In this document: positions 1 through 12,165 of the stretch, one piece after another
Layout: every line of letters starts with the position of its first letter
Position numbering within the stretch: position 1 is the stretch's first letter
From: Octopus sinensis
Lineage: Eukaryota
DNA length: 64,000 nucleotides
Assembly (NCBI RefSeq): GCF_006345805.1
Contig: NC_043014.1
Location: 11,098,001-11,162,000, forward strand
Reading direction: 5' to 3'
Made by a program: the position numbers and the translations under genes
The notes under the pieces: model-generated
What the model was told of the DNA's origin: nothing
Database searches by the model: none
Seen by the model: the letters and a program-made list of their open reading frames with translations, nothing else

Positions 1-163
1 AGTACCTTAATTTTTTTAATTTTGTTCCAATTGATTTCAAAGTTGATGTGTTGATGTAGTTTTGTATGCTAATTATGGAAATGAAACTCATTTTTGCTAT
101 AAATAAATAAATAAATAAATAAATAAATATCTTTTAAAGTTTGCACATTTTGGGTAATTTTAA

Positions 164-276
164 CCAATCGAAAGCCACAGATATATTGTTGCCTGTTTCC
201 GTAGTAACAAGCCAAGGTATAACCTGCTTATGCCAATCAAAATCACAGACATATTGGTACCTGTTTCCATAGTAAC
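164..276. promoter_or_regulatory. Duplicated CCAAT + RFX X-box-like module
   Basis: CCAAT at 164-168 and 233-237; GTTTCCGTAGTAAC 195-208 and GTTTCCATAGTAAC 263-276, inside a ~68-bp-period imperfect repeat. Confidence 0.4.
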
Positions 277-602
277 ATGTCATGTTTTCATAGACAGATA
301 TCATGTTAAAACTGCTAGCTTCCAAATGCTGTTTTTTTTTTGTAAAATAGATTTAAATAGATTAAATTTAAATAAATTAAATACATTAAACCTATGAAAT
401 AAAATTTAAAAAGAAATTGTTATTGTTAAATTTGGGGATGGTCGTATATTTGTCCGAGGCTATAACAGAAAATACTTGCCCAAGGTACCACGCAGTAGGA
501 CTGAACCCGGAACAATTTGGTTTAAGAAGCAAGCTTCTTAACATACAGTCACTTCTGAGCTTATAGGTTAGCTTTATGCTCCTTTTCTCACCTTTACTAA
601 TT

Positions 603-1724
603 TTGGGTCATCCCATAAATAATGCGGCTTTTTCAAAAATTTTCAAAATTAAGATAAACAGTTCTTTTTTAATCTAAAATATACTCTCCTTCATTTTCGA
701 CAATGCTCTTCCATCTATCTGGTAGATTTGCAAGGCCCCTTTTCCAAAATTCACTTGTTCTTGGGGAAAATACTCCTCCAGTACTGTTCTGACTTTGCCT
801 ACAGAATTCATATCTTCACCGTCCAAATGATTTTGAAGACAGCGGAATAAATGGTAATGAGATGTGGCAATGTCCGGCGAATATAGTGAGGAGGGCATCG
901 TTTCCCACTCAAACTGCTCCAGCCTTTGGAATGTCATCCTCACTGCATGTGGCTGAGCATTATCCTGATGGAAGAACACCTTTCGTCGTGAAACCAAAGA
1001 TGGACCTTTTTCTCCTAGTGCTGACTTAAGCTGCTCGCAGTAGATCTCTTTCGTTATCGTTTGGTTTGGGTTTAAAAGTTCAAAGTGGACTAAACCTTTC
1101 ATATCCCACCAAACAGATAACACCTGACGTGGGTGAAGACCTTCTTTAGCCTGGGGTACCGATTGTTCTCCTTTCCCTACTCACTATCTTCGGCACTTGA
1201 CATTTTTACAAAGAACCCATTTCTCCTCACCCGTCACTCTTCGGTCCAAAAAAGGTTCATTCGTGAGATATGACAGCAAAGAAGAACACACGTTCACTTG
1301 ATGAATGGTTGAATGACCAAATCGAAGCTTCTCTGCTAGTTCCTCAACAGTTACGATGGGATTTTGTTCCACCAGGTTTGCAGGCTGTAGTTTCTGGCTC
1401 GGAATTTCTGGAACCACCGTTGACACTGACTTGCGCTTATCGTCCGGTTCCCATATACTGCATTAATATTCCTCACACTTTCCGTTGAGTTGTTGCCTTC
1501 ATTGAACTCATAAAGCAAAATATACCGAGAATGCTCCTTTGTCACTTCCATTATAGCTTTGAAAAAATAACTCTTAAAATCGAACTGCACTCTTCAAAAC
1601 TTGCACTAAGAATAAGCACAAGGTAAAATTACTACCTGCTTTTATAGCAATTTGATGCAGGTAGTTTATTCCACCCCCTCCGACTTCTAGTACATGCTAT
1701 TGGAAAAACCGCATTTGACCAATA
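603..1724 (-). mobile_element. Decayed mariner (DD34D) transposon
   Basis: Three broken ORFs (1590-1351, 1426-1184, 1123-674) with mariner motifs MLSVWWD, HQDNAQPH, YSPDIA-SHYHLF (third catalytic D is H). Left TIR ttgggtcatcccataaataatgcgg at ~603; partly deleted right TIR at ~1700-1724. Confidence 0.88.
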
Positions 1725-1742
1725 TATATTCTTCGATTTCAG

Positions 1743-3126
1743 GAAGTTTCAAGGTTTTCTTCAACTTAACATCACGGGGCAAGCTGACCAAGCTACATTG
1801 AAGGTTATGTCAATGCCTCGTTGTGGTGTCTCTGATGTTATGGACCCAGAAAATACAAAAGGCAAGTTGTTTTTCAGTGTCATTATATATAAGTGCAGGT
1901 ATAGCACCCGATTTTCTGGTCCACATTGTTCGGAACCTCTTAAAATCCGCATTGATTTTGTTTCAAATTTTGGCACAAGGACAACAACTGGGGGGGGGGA
2001 TAATCATTATATTGACCCCAGTACTCAGCTGGTATTTATTTTTATTGATCCTGAAAGGAGGAAAGGTAAAGTCGAAATCTTCGGAATTTGTATTCAAAAC
2101 GTAAAAACGGACAAAATGCCGCTAAGTGCCCCTCGTCCCCGGAGCGCTAACGCTTCTTATTTCTTTATTACCCACAAGGGGCTAAACATAGAGGGGACAA
2201 ACAAGGACAGAGAAGGGGATTAAGTCGATTATATCGACTCCAGTGCGTAACTGGTACTTATTTAATCGACGCCGAAAGGATGAAAGGCAAAGTTGACCTC
2301 AGTGGAATTTGAACGACAGACGAAATACCGCTAGGCATTTCGCCCGGTATGCTAACGTTTCTGCCAGCTCGCCGCCTTTAATCACAAGCAATCATCGTTA
2401 CACTTTCTAGTTTGGATTCTCAAGCCTGACCAAACGAGGCTATGAATATTATTCAACTATCTCGTTCTTGGTCAACCACTAGGTCTCCTGCTGGTTGGCG
2501 CGGCTTGAAGAATTCCTTGAAGAATTCTTTCCCATGATATTCTAAGCACATGTCTGCAATAGCGGATCTGTAATCATCCCTCCGTGGCGGAGAAGTAGCG
2601 GCACGACCAGAAGAGACTCCTTGATCTCCGAGTTACCCACCCTGTCGAATAACGTTACCCCAGAGATCCTTCGAAGGGACCCCATTTTGGCCGCTTGTAT
2701 TCTCGATCATACTCATTACCAAACATTGACCATCGGTGAGTCTAGGCACAAAGTCTGTAATAATGTTTATACATAAGTTACCTTGCTTAAAAACTACACG
2801 ATTTTCTTTTGCAGTTGCGAAATGGAATATAACTCGACTGACATATAAATTCATAAAGTTCTCACAAAAATTATCTGAGAGTGATGTCAGGTTTGTATTC
2901 CTATAATAATATCTCATTTTCTTTTTCCTAACTACATCTGACAAGAAATACATTACGTTATTCGATCGGTTATATTGCACAAAATTCCAGAGTAAATTTT
3001 CTAACGTTTCTGAAACCCATGGAGTGTATAGAAAAGAATACAGTTACATATTGCACATACATACGTACGCACCCCCGCGCCACACACATGTATATTACTG
3101 TTTTGTGTTTCTCGAAAAATTCTTAT

Positions 3127-3157
<31 letters not shown>

Positions 3158-5424
3158 GCACACATATAGCCTGAGGCTATAATAGAAGACACTTGCCCAA
3201 GGTGCCATGCAGTGGGACTGAACCCGGAACCACGCGGTTCGTAAGCAAGCTACTTACCACACAGCCACTCCTACGCCGTTGACTTTTTCAATTAGAAATG
3301 TTTGTTTTAAATCCAATACTTACACGCAATTATTTATAGATTTCTATGCTTTGTGTTTCACTGTTCCATAAAAGAATTATTTCACATTCTCTCAAAGTTT
3401 CTAGATTCTTATGACGTCAACGGCGCACAATTCTCGCTGGTAAGAAGTGAGTTTCTAAAACAGACAGAAATTTGGACTGTTTCGTCCAATGGTAAGACGT
3501 CTGTCATGTTTTCAGAAGATGTCAACTTTTTCTGTCCAAATGTCCTTCTTTTACGCAATATTTACAGGCTATTATTTATATAGCCTTATATGTTTCAAGC
3601 TTCCCCGTACCCCAAAAAATAATTACTTCTTCCTAAATTCTTATGACGTAAAACAATTAATGTGAAACGGGACGACAGCATTGCTAAGCAGTGATCTTTA
3701 TAAATATAAACTTGTTACAAGTTCAAATATGCTTCAGGTATATTCGAATCTGTAAGATGGATCTTTTCAGTTTGAACGGTAGTTTTTAAAAATAATTTCC
3801 ACGTAACTACACACTTTTAAACTTCGTATACTGGTAGAATGTGTTTATAAAACATCTTTTTCTCTTGACTTTATTGAGAAAATTCTATAGTTTGTAAGAT
3901 ATTTGTTGTTTTTTTTCTTCAATTTCTGCAATTTCAACCAATCAATGACGTCTATTGAGGTGAAAACATTCTGTGCCGTATGAATATGTCCCTCGTTTAA
4001 GAAACAGATTGGGTTTATTTACATTTGTGAGGAAAAAAAAATACCCTTCCCCTCACCCCTCACCCCTAACCCTAACCCTAACTAACCCTAACCCTAAAAC
4101 AGATTGAAATGCAATAGATCGATACTAGGGTCATAATTATGGGTGAACATTTCATATGACACCACTAGAAAAAACTGCCGTTCAAACCGAAAAGATCCCT
4201 GTAAGATATTCACTGCATTTTGTCACAGAGAAAATTTCTCACATAGAAAATTTTACGACGAGAAATGTTCTTCATGATAAAATAGATTGACTGTCTTTCT
4301 TATGGGTTTTAATATGCTTCAAGCATGTTTGAACTAGTAGGGTAAAGACCCCCTTCGGTCATGAATGACCATGGGATTGCACCTAGAAAGTTACCCTCCT
4401 AGACACAAGTCCGGGCAAGGTTGTTTATGGAAGACCAGCAGTCACCCATGCATGCATGCCAGCCCCCCCCCTCTAAACGCCACTGATGTTATCCAAGGGA
4501 AAGACAAAGGTCAATACAGCTTGGCACCAGTGACGTCGCAACTCATTTCTACAGCTGAGTGAACTGGAGCAACGTGAAATAAAGTGCCTTGCTCGAGAAC
4601 ACAACACGCAGCCCGGTCCGGGATTCGAGCTCACAACCTCACGATCGTAAGCTCGACGCTCTAACCACTGAGCCATGCGCCTAGTAACACGTTTATAATT
4701 AACATAATATATTACATTTTTCAGAACGGCAGTAAGTAACGCCTTCAAATTATGGGCAGAGTCTAGTAAATTGAACTTTGTAGAAGATAAGACTTCTGGT
4801 ACAATTGAGATACAGTTCAGAAAAGGAGCGCACGGAGATGGATATCATTTTGACGGAAAATGTAAGTAAATATCTATTATTATAAATCTATTATATAAAA
4901 TCCGTTCTGTCTGTCTCTGTGTGTCTTCTAGGATCTCGGGCATCCTCCATCCGATTGCGCTAAAATTTGATATGTAGATACCGACGATATCAGGACGTGT
5001 ATAAGTCTTGAAAAAAATTACAAAAGTCGATTCCAGGTGAAAATGCGAGCGATAAAGCCGTGGGAATGTGCATCTGTACGCGCAAGTACGTCAGCTGTTG
5101 CGATCGATACTATGCATGCGTGAGAAAAATGCACGTACAGTTTGCGCAAAAAAAGCCGGATGGCTTGAAAAAATGCCACAAAATGCAGTATATTTAAGAG
5201 ACCAAAAAAGTAAGATGCAAAAGAGATATTTCCTTCAAACTTGGCATGAAGGAAGGAAAGACTATTTGGTTTCTCAAGAAGTGTTTTTTTGCTTTAACAA
5301 AACCAAAAATTTTATTGAAATAAAGGCATACTTAATTATTTTTTTAATGAAAAGAAAACACTGATTGCTTTTTATTCAGCAGATATGATTCAGCACCGTC
5401 CATTAGGGGTGGGGCGTTTTGCTC

Positions 5425-5460
<36 letters not shown>

Positions 5461-6792
5461 GCATATATACACAATTTTTACTCTTATTTGTTTCAGTCAT
5501 TTGACTGTGGCCATGCTGGAGCACCGCCTTTAGTCGAGCAAATCGACCCCAGGACTTATTCTTTGTAAGCCTAGTACTTATTCTATCGGTTTATTTTGCC
5601 GAACCGCTAAGTTACGGGGACGTAAACACACCAGCATCGGTTGTCAAGCGATGTTGGAGAGGGTACAAACACTGACACACAAACATATACCCCCCCACAA
5701 ACACACATATATATATATATACATATATACGACGGGCTTCTTTCAGTTTCCGTCTACCAAATCCACTCACAAGGCTTTGGTCAGCTCGAGGCTATAGTAG
5801 AAGACACTTGGCCAAAGTGCCACGGCTGAACCCATGGTCATGGCTGAACCCATGACCATGTGGTTGGTAAGCAAGCTACTTACCACACAGCCACTCCTGC
5901 GCCTATAAAAGATTATTCTTTCACTTGTTTCAGTCATTTGACCGCGGCCATGCTGGAACATCGCCTTAAAAGGCTTTTAGTCGAAAAATCGACCCCAAAA
6001 CTTATTCTGTGTAGTACTTATTCAATCGTTCTGTTTTGCCGAATCGTTAAGTAACGGGGACGTAAACAAACCAGCATCGGGGGACACACACAAAAACACA
6101 TAAATACACACACACACATATATATATATGATAGGCTTCTTTCAGTTTCCATTAACCAGATCCACTCAGAAGGCTTTGCTCAGTCCGGGGCTATTGTAGA
6201 AGACACTCGCCCAAGGCACCACGCAGTGGGACTGAACCCGGAATTACGTGGTTGGTAAGCAAGCTTCTTACCACCCAACCACACTTGCACCTACACATAA
6301 TAGTATACATTTTTGTATTTAAACGTTTAAAGGAATTCAGTGAAGCTAAAAAGTAATTCCAATGACTAATTTTATAAATTTATGTTTTTAGATGGAGTCT
6401 TAGCCCACGCCTTTTTCCCCATTCCCCGTCCAATTGGCGGTGATACTCACTTTGATGATGACGAAGCATGGAGAATAGATGGTGGAAAAGGAGCTGATTT
6501 ATACTACATAGCTACACATGAATTTGGTCATGCCCTTGGTCTACCCCATTCGGGAAACAAAGACTCAGTGATGAAGCCGTACTATGCTGGTTTCGTACCA
6601 AACTTGAAACTCCATTCAGAGGATGTAACAGAAATTCAGAAAAGATATGGTAAGTAACAGCTACTTGCAGGGGCGGACTGAGAGTATTAAGGGCCTTCGG
6701 GCATAACTGTTTACCAGGCCCCTCAGAGCTCTGGGTCCTCAGGCAGAGCCCGATTGACCGACGGCTCAGTCCACTCCTGGCTACTTGGTTAT

Positions 6793-6847
<55 letters not shown>

Positions 6848-6910
6848 AAATCACTAATAAGAATAACGCTTATCTGTTTCATTAGTATGTCTTTGTAAAG
6901 AATTTAGTGC

Positions 6911-6976
<66 letters not shown>

Positions 6977-7193
6977 TATATATATATAGATATGATTCGC
7001 CATGATAGATCGCTAGCCACTACACATTCTTTATTTTCTCTCCTTGTTTCTTTCTGTGTTCCTTTCTGTGGAAGAGCGTTGGCTCAAAACGTTAAAGACT
7101 TTTTCACTTCCCGAGCGTTATGCTAATACATCTGTTTGTTGTCTACACCATCTGTCTTCATCTTTTGGTATTTTGTGAATTCTCTCCCGCCTC

Positions 7194-7234
<41 letters not shown>

Positions 7235-8135
7235 ACTTTGATAGGTTTCGGCCAGTAAAGGCCCAGGCCATGTCTAACTTAATAGCAATAATATCTATGT
7301 TAATGTCAACTGAAGCCGACTAATTAAATGTGAAGTTGGAAGTCTTTGGTCTCCACCTGAAGCGTTAGCGAGCATTCTTGCGAAACTTGCAATTTGTTGT
7401 CCCATGGTTTGGGACAAATCTTCTGCATTATTGTTTTCGTATTTATGCTATATATGTCTTAATTCCAAGATATATCTCACAGATGTTTTACGATACCTCA
7501 TCAGTGACGTTTCTGAGGATCTTAAGAGATTTCAGAGCTTTAAACATCAGACCTATTCGTCCAGTTGATCCAGTCGAAATTGATCAAGTCACAGCTTACA
7601 TCTCAGTCATCTCCCTTGGTGGTCTTCTCTGCTGCTTCAGTAACATATATTTTTTTCTAATTTTGACACAAGACCAGCAAGGCCATATGAAAGGATAGAA
7701 AGGAAACTGGGATCAACATAATTTGATTGAAACTGAGTTAAGCTATAGTTTGGAAAAATGGTTTTACCAATAGAAAGTAGCGTTGCAAATATATGTGCAG
7801 TCTTTATATTTCTAGAAGAATTATATACACTATCTCATAATGTAAAATGGCTGTGTCGCAGTGAATAAAAGTTAGTTTTGTGATTTAATCCAAAAATTGA
7901 TATTTTGAATGATAAAAGAAACTTGAAAACCAGATTTTAATAAAAGATATATATTAAAATTGGAATTTATAAGAATTTGCTAGACGGTGTCGTCTTGAAT
8001 AGTTGCTTTCTTTAAATAAAAGGTACATGCTAAAAGGTAATATATAAGCAATGTTATTTATTGTAGTATTGATTTAATGCTAATAAAAATGTTTACCATT
8101 TATTCTTTGTCTTTATAGGAACTCCCAAAAAATGA
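1743..8135 (+). CDS. Matrix metalloproteinase (M10A family), partial spliced gene model; apparently no hemopexin domain; first exon(s) not found in window
   Basis: Exons read by hand: 1743-1861 (KFQGFLQLNITGQADQATLKVMSMPRCGVSD, cysteine switch), 4725-4861 (AFKLWAESSKLNFVE...IEIQFRKGAHGDGYHFDG), 6392-6649 (GVLAHAFFP...GGDTHFDDDEAW...HEFGHALGLPHS..SVMKP Met-turn), 8119-8135 (GTPKK-stop). Phases of the last three exons are compatible. The exon linking 1861 to 4725 is unresolved (weak candidate 3405-3439, DSYDVNGAQFSL). Confidence 0.9.
3759..4198. mobile_element. MITE family A (GGATCTTTTC TIR, 9-bp TSD, internal CCCTAA array)
   Basis: ~28-bp TIRs; TSD CTGTAAGAT at 3750-3758 and 4199-4207; (CCCTAA)n at ~4065-4096. 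Confidence 0.82.
4345..4681 (-). mobile_element. tRNA-derived SINE family C
   Basis: Head ggcgcatggctcagtggttagagc...gagctcgaatccc; second copy on + at ~30690-31027. Confidence 0.75.
4887..5380 (+). mobile_element. Possible Helitron-like element (5' end only recognised)
   Basis: TCTATTATATAAAA...tgtctgtct start resembles the other Helitron 5' ends; no CTAG hairpin end found. Confidence 0.3.
5477..6292 (-). mobile_element. Two adjacent copies of tRNA-derived SINE family A
   Basis: Copies 5477-5904 and 5916-6292; A-box TGGCTGTGTGG, B-box GGTTCAGTCCC, internal (TA)/(TG) tract, (GTAAAAGA)n tail. Confidence 0.8.
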
Positions 8136-8405
8136 ATTTATGAATATTCTTATCGCTAAAGACTTTTCGGGAAGATTTTGGAAACAACGACCAAATGGAA
8201 CATATCGACAGTTTGTTAATCTTAAATGATTTAAATGATCCGGCATCTGTAGCAACCAGTTACCAATATTTCTTATGCTTCTACCAGCACTGAATAAAAC
8301 GATTCAGAAATGTATCTCTTGGTGGTTTTGTTTTTAATTAAATTAGAATGCTTCTCATGCAGGAGGTAGGGGTCCAATAGTCAGACGAAACTCGTACAGA
8401 GTACC

Positions 8406-8486
<81 letters not shown>

Positions 8487-8678
8487 AAGCACTCCGTCGG
8501 TTACGACGATGAGGGTTCTGGTTGATCCGAATCTACGGAACAACCTGCTCGTGAAATTAACGTGTAAGTGGCTGAGCACTCCACATACACGTGTACCCTT
8601 AACGTAGTTCTCGGGATATTCAGCGTGACAGTCTGGGCCATTGCGCCTCCACACACACACACACACCACACACACACA

Positions 8679-8728
<50 letters not shown>

Positions 8729-8838
8729 TATATAATATATATATAAAATATTATTAGAGACAAAACCACTATTTTGCAAAACAAACAAGGAAAGACTTAA
8801 TCAATACATTAAATTTTAATAAATAGTCAAAAAAACCG

Positions 8839-8881
8839 CCACTACAATCGTTTCTTGTCTTGATCGACAATCTTCAGGTGG
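8839..8881 (-). ncRNA. Type I hammerhead ribozyme (complete core, different family)
   Basis: Minus strand reads CCAC-CTGAAGA-TTGTC-GATCAA-GACAA-GAAAC-GATT-GT-A-GTGG; stems I and II pair perfectly; stem III ACGAUUGU is self-complementary with G.U pairs. Confidence 0.8.
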
Positions 8882-9006
8882 ACTTCCAATAATTCAGTGT
8901 CAAATTATGAAGTCTCTAATAATATTTTATAATATTTTACTATAAAATTGGATTTAATCCTAAATCTGATTTTTTCCCTGTAAATTTGGATTTATTCCCT
9001 AATATT

Positions 9007-9048
<42 letters not shown>

Positions 9049-9137
9049 ATGTATATGTATATATATATGTATGTATATGTATATATATATATGTATATAT
9101 ATATGTGTGTATATATATGTATGTATGTATGTATATG

Positions 9138-9182
<45 letters not shown>

Positions 9183-9225
9183 ATATATATATATATAATT
9201 ATATACAGATATACCTGTATGTATG

Positions 9226-9257
<32 letters not shown>

Positions 9258-9568
9258 GCTTAGATAGCTATTTCTCCAGTCCGATGGCGGAGGCAGCGTT
9301 TACCAGATGTTTATATGCATTCACTGCTTGTGGCATATCCTTGACATTTTGCGAACTACATCTACTAACATAGACAATTGTTGGACCTGTAACACCATAC
9401 CATCTCCCCCTTTAATTCTCCGAGTCTTTGCACGCTATGTAAATTTGTTCTGTTAATACATAATTATCTATAGATTGTAAAGAATAAAAAAATTTGAGTG
9501 GTACAACAATGTACTATGATACAAGCAATGGACTATATACCTGTTGTAATTAAGTCAACCATAGTCTG

Positions 9569-9605
9569 ATATAATATTTCGGAATAAAATTCCTTCTTCA
9601 GATAT
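9569..9605 (-). ncRNA. Minimal hammerhead ribozyme candidate
   Basis: Minus strand reads ATAT-CTGAAGA-A-GGAAT-TTT-ATTCC-GAA-ATAT-T-ATAT; core intact, stems I and III are weak and all A/U. Confidence 0.5.
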
Positions 9606-9837
9606 TCTTAGATGGAGTCACTGGAATAATCGGTTTTCCAACAGTTTTACTTCTTTATTATTATTTTTTTGAAGCGTCTCAGTAGTGGTCTCACGAAGCT
9701 CCTCCCAGAATTCCTCATGAGAAGTGCGTGAGGTCGACCATGTCTCAATCTCGTGTGTGCTATAGATTTATTGATTTATACATGAATATTCATTGTCTGA
9801 ATACTATCGGTCTTTATCTTCTCTCAATTAACATGTA

Positions 9838-9900
<63 letters not shown>

Positions 9901-9923
9901 CAATATAATGCTTTTTTTTTTAT

Positions 9924-10001
<78 letters not shown>

Positions 10002-10238
10002 AAAATACAAAATGGGACAAGAACGCAAAACATCCGGACAGCTAGGTGATACAAAAAAGGACAACAAAACATTCAGATAGACGATATAAAGAAAACAAGG
10101 ACGGGTCATTCGAAGTTTTCTTTCCTCAGTCAAACACCAGATTGTCCTCGCAATTTCGAGCCCAAGAGGTTTTAATTGTTTATTTGCATTATTATCATCA
10201 TATCTGCTTACCTGGATTATATATATGTATATATAATA

Positions 10239-10324
<86 letters not shown>

Positions 10325-10416
10325 CACACATATATATATATACATATATATATACATGTATATATATATACATATATATATACATACATACATATATACA
10401 TATATATATATATGTA

Positions 10417-10479
<63 letters not shown>

Positions 10480-11390
10480 TCTTTTTTAATCAGCAAAAAG
10501 TTACAAAAGTAACCTTATGAAACTGCATATGTACATGTGTCTCTATGTGTGTGTGTTTATGTGTTTAGGTGTGTGTGTATGTGTGTACTATAATTTGGTG
10601 GGCATTCATCAAGTTGAGGGGAAATAGCTTATTAATTGAAAAGAAGTTTAAACTGAAATATTAAGAGTTACTTTGCTTCGAATCTTCAAGAAGTTTACAA
10701 TCGTGCAATCAATAATTTGCACAAACAGATGGAATTATGTTATGAACAACGAAGAGAAATATTATCCTGATTATCTCATTTAATTAATTAAATACATTAA
10801 TTAACTCGAACGAAGCATTTGTTTCTTTTCCATCACTGACATGCAACAAGACTTTCGTTCCAAACTAATTTATTATTCAATTTATTATTGAATTTATACA
10901 GAAACTTGCCTTCAGGTGCTTATTCCAAGCTGTTTGTGAATTCAAGGACGCATAGTTTGAATTGTTACCATACAATAGTAACATTGAACTGTCACGTCTG
11001 CTGCTTCGGAACTATGAAATTTATTGCTCGTTTCATGCATTATTTACATTCTCAATCAAATTGTTCATTGAACAGTGAAATAGCTAAAGAGAAACAGCAT
11101 TTTAAGTGCATTAACACTAAAAGGTCGACGTAAATCTCTTCATGGTTGATGAAATATAAATATCTGATAATAAACGAAGCTCGTTATCCTACCATGACGA
11201 GCTGCAAACTTCAGTTCTGAAGGTGATCTTGTAAGGTTGACCTTTACTGCTGTAAGAATCTAGCAATCGTCTGGAGTTTCTAACAACGGAGAGGACAAAT
11301 AAAATGTTGGTTAACCTTAAAACAAAGACAGTTCACATTGAGATTTCGGTTCGATTCTTCATTCAGTACATATCAAAGCAGGAATGAATA

Positions 11391-11604
11391 CGATATGGTG
11401 CTGAAAAGTTCCTGGCTTTGGGTAAAAACAAAATACAGGCGGATCAGTCAATTATGATTTTATTCAATATATTCTCTTCTCTGATTCACACGCTTATTTT
11501 AGCGGTCCTTCAGATTCTCTAAGCCTTGTAAAAGAACTCTGTAGTCTGTCATCCAGCCAGGCCTTCCTTGATCCCCTTACAGCCAGGAACATTTCAGCAC
11601 CCCG
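11391..11604. mobile_element. Mariner-derived MITE
   Basis: TIR core ggtgctgaaaagttcctggct / agccaggaacatttcagcacc; TA on both flanks. Confidence 0.7.
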
Positions 11605-11762
11605 TAGTGAAATTTTACGAGTGGTACTTAACAAGACACATAAAAGATGCGTACTTTCCAACAAATATTATTATACGCTTAAATTAATGGTTTAGTTAAT
11701 CGCCACAACTGCACTTACTGGGGACATAAGAATCCGCATATTACAGAAAAACATATTAATTT

Positions 11763-12165
11763 AGGCGCAGGAGTAGCTGTGTGGTAAGTAGCTTGCTTAC
11801 CAACTACACGGTTCAGTCCCACTGAGTGGAACCTTGGGCAAGGGTCTTCTACTATAGCCTCGCGCCATCCAAATCCTTGTGAGTGGATTTGGTAGATGGA
11901 AACTGAAAGAAGCTCGTCGTTAATATGTATATGTATATATATATATGTGTGTGTTTGTGTGTCAGTGTTTGTCCCCCACCTCCAACCGATGCTGGTGTGT
12001 TAACGCCCCCGTAACTTAGCGGTTTGGCAAAAGAGTGACCGATAGAATAACTACTAGGCTTACAAAGAATAAGTACTGGGGTCGATTTGCTCGACTAAAG
12101 GCGGTGCTCCAACATGACCGCAGTCAAATGACTGAAACAAGTAAATGAGTAAAAGAGTAAAAGAG
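11763..12165 (+). mobile_element. SINE family A
   Basis: Full-length copy matching the other family A copies. Confidence 0.8.

Noticed and set aside
2633-2980. 115-aa minus-strand ORF in an MMP intron
   Set aside because: No recognisable motif or splice context.
7235-7274. GGCC-TTTACT-GGCC-GAAAC hammerhead-like half on minus
   Set aside because: The CUGANGA core lacks 4 nt and stems I and III do not form; at most a dead relic.
8986-10496. Many YI-rich ORFs
   Set aside because: Translations of (TA)n tracts.
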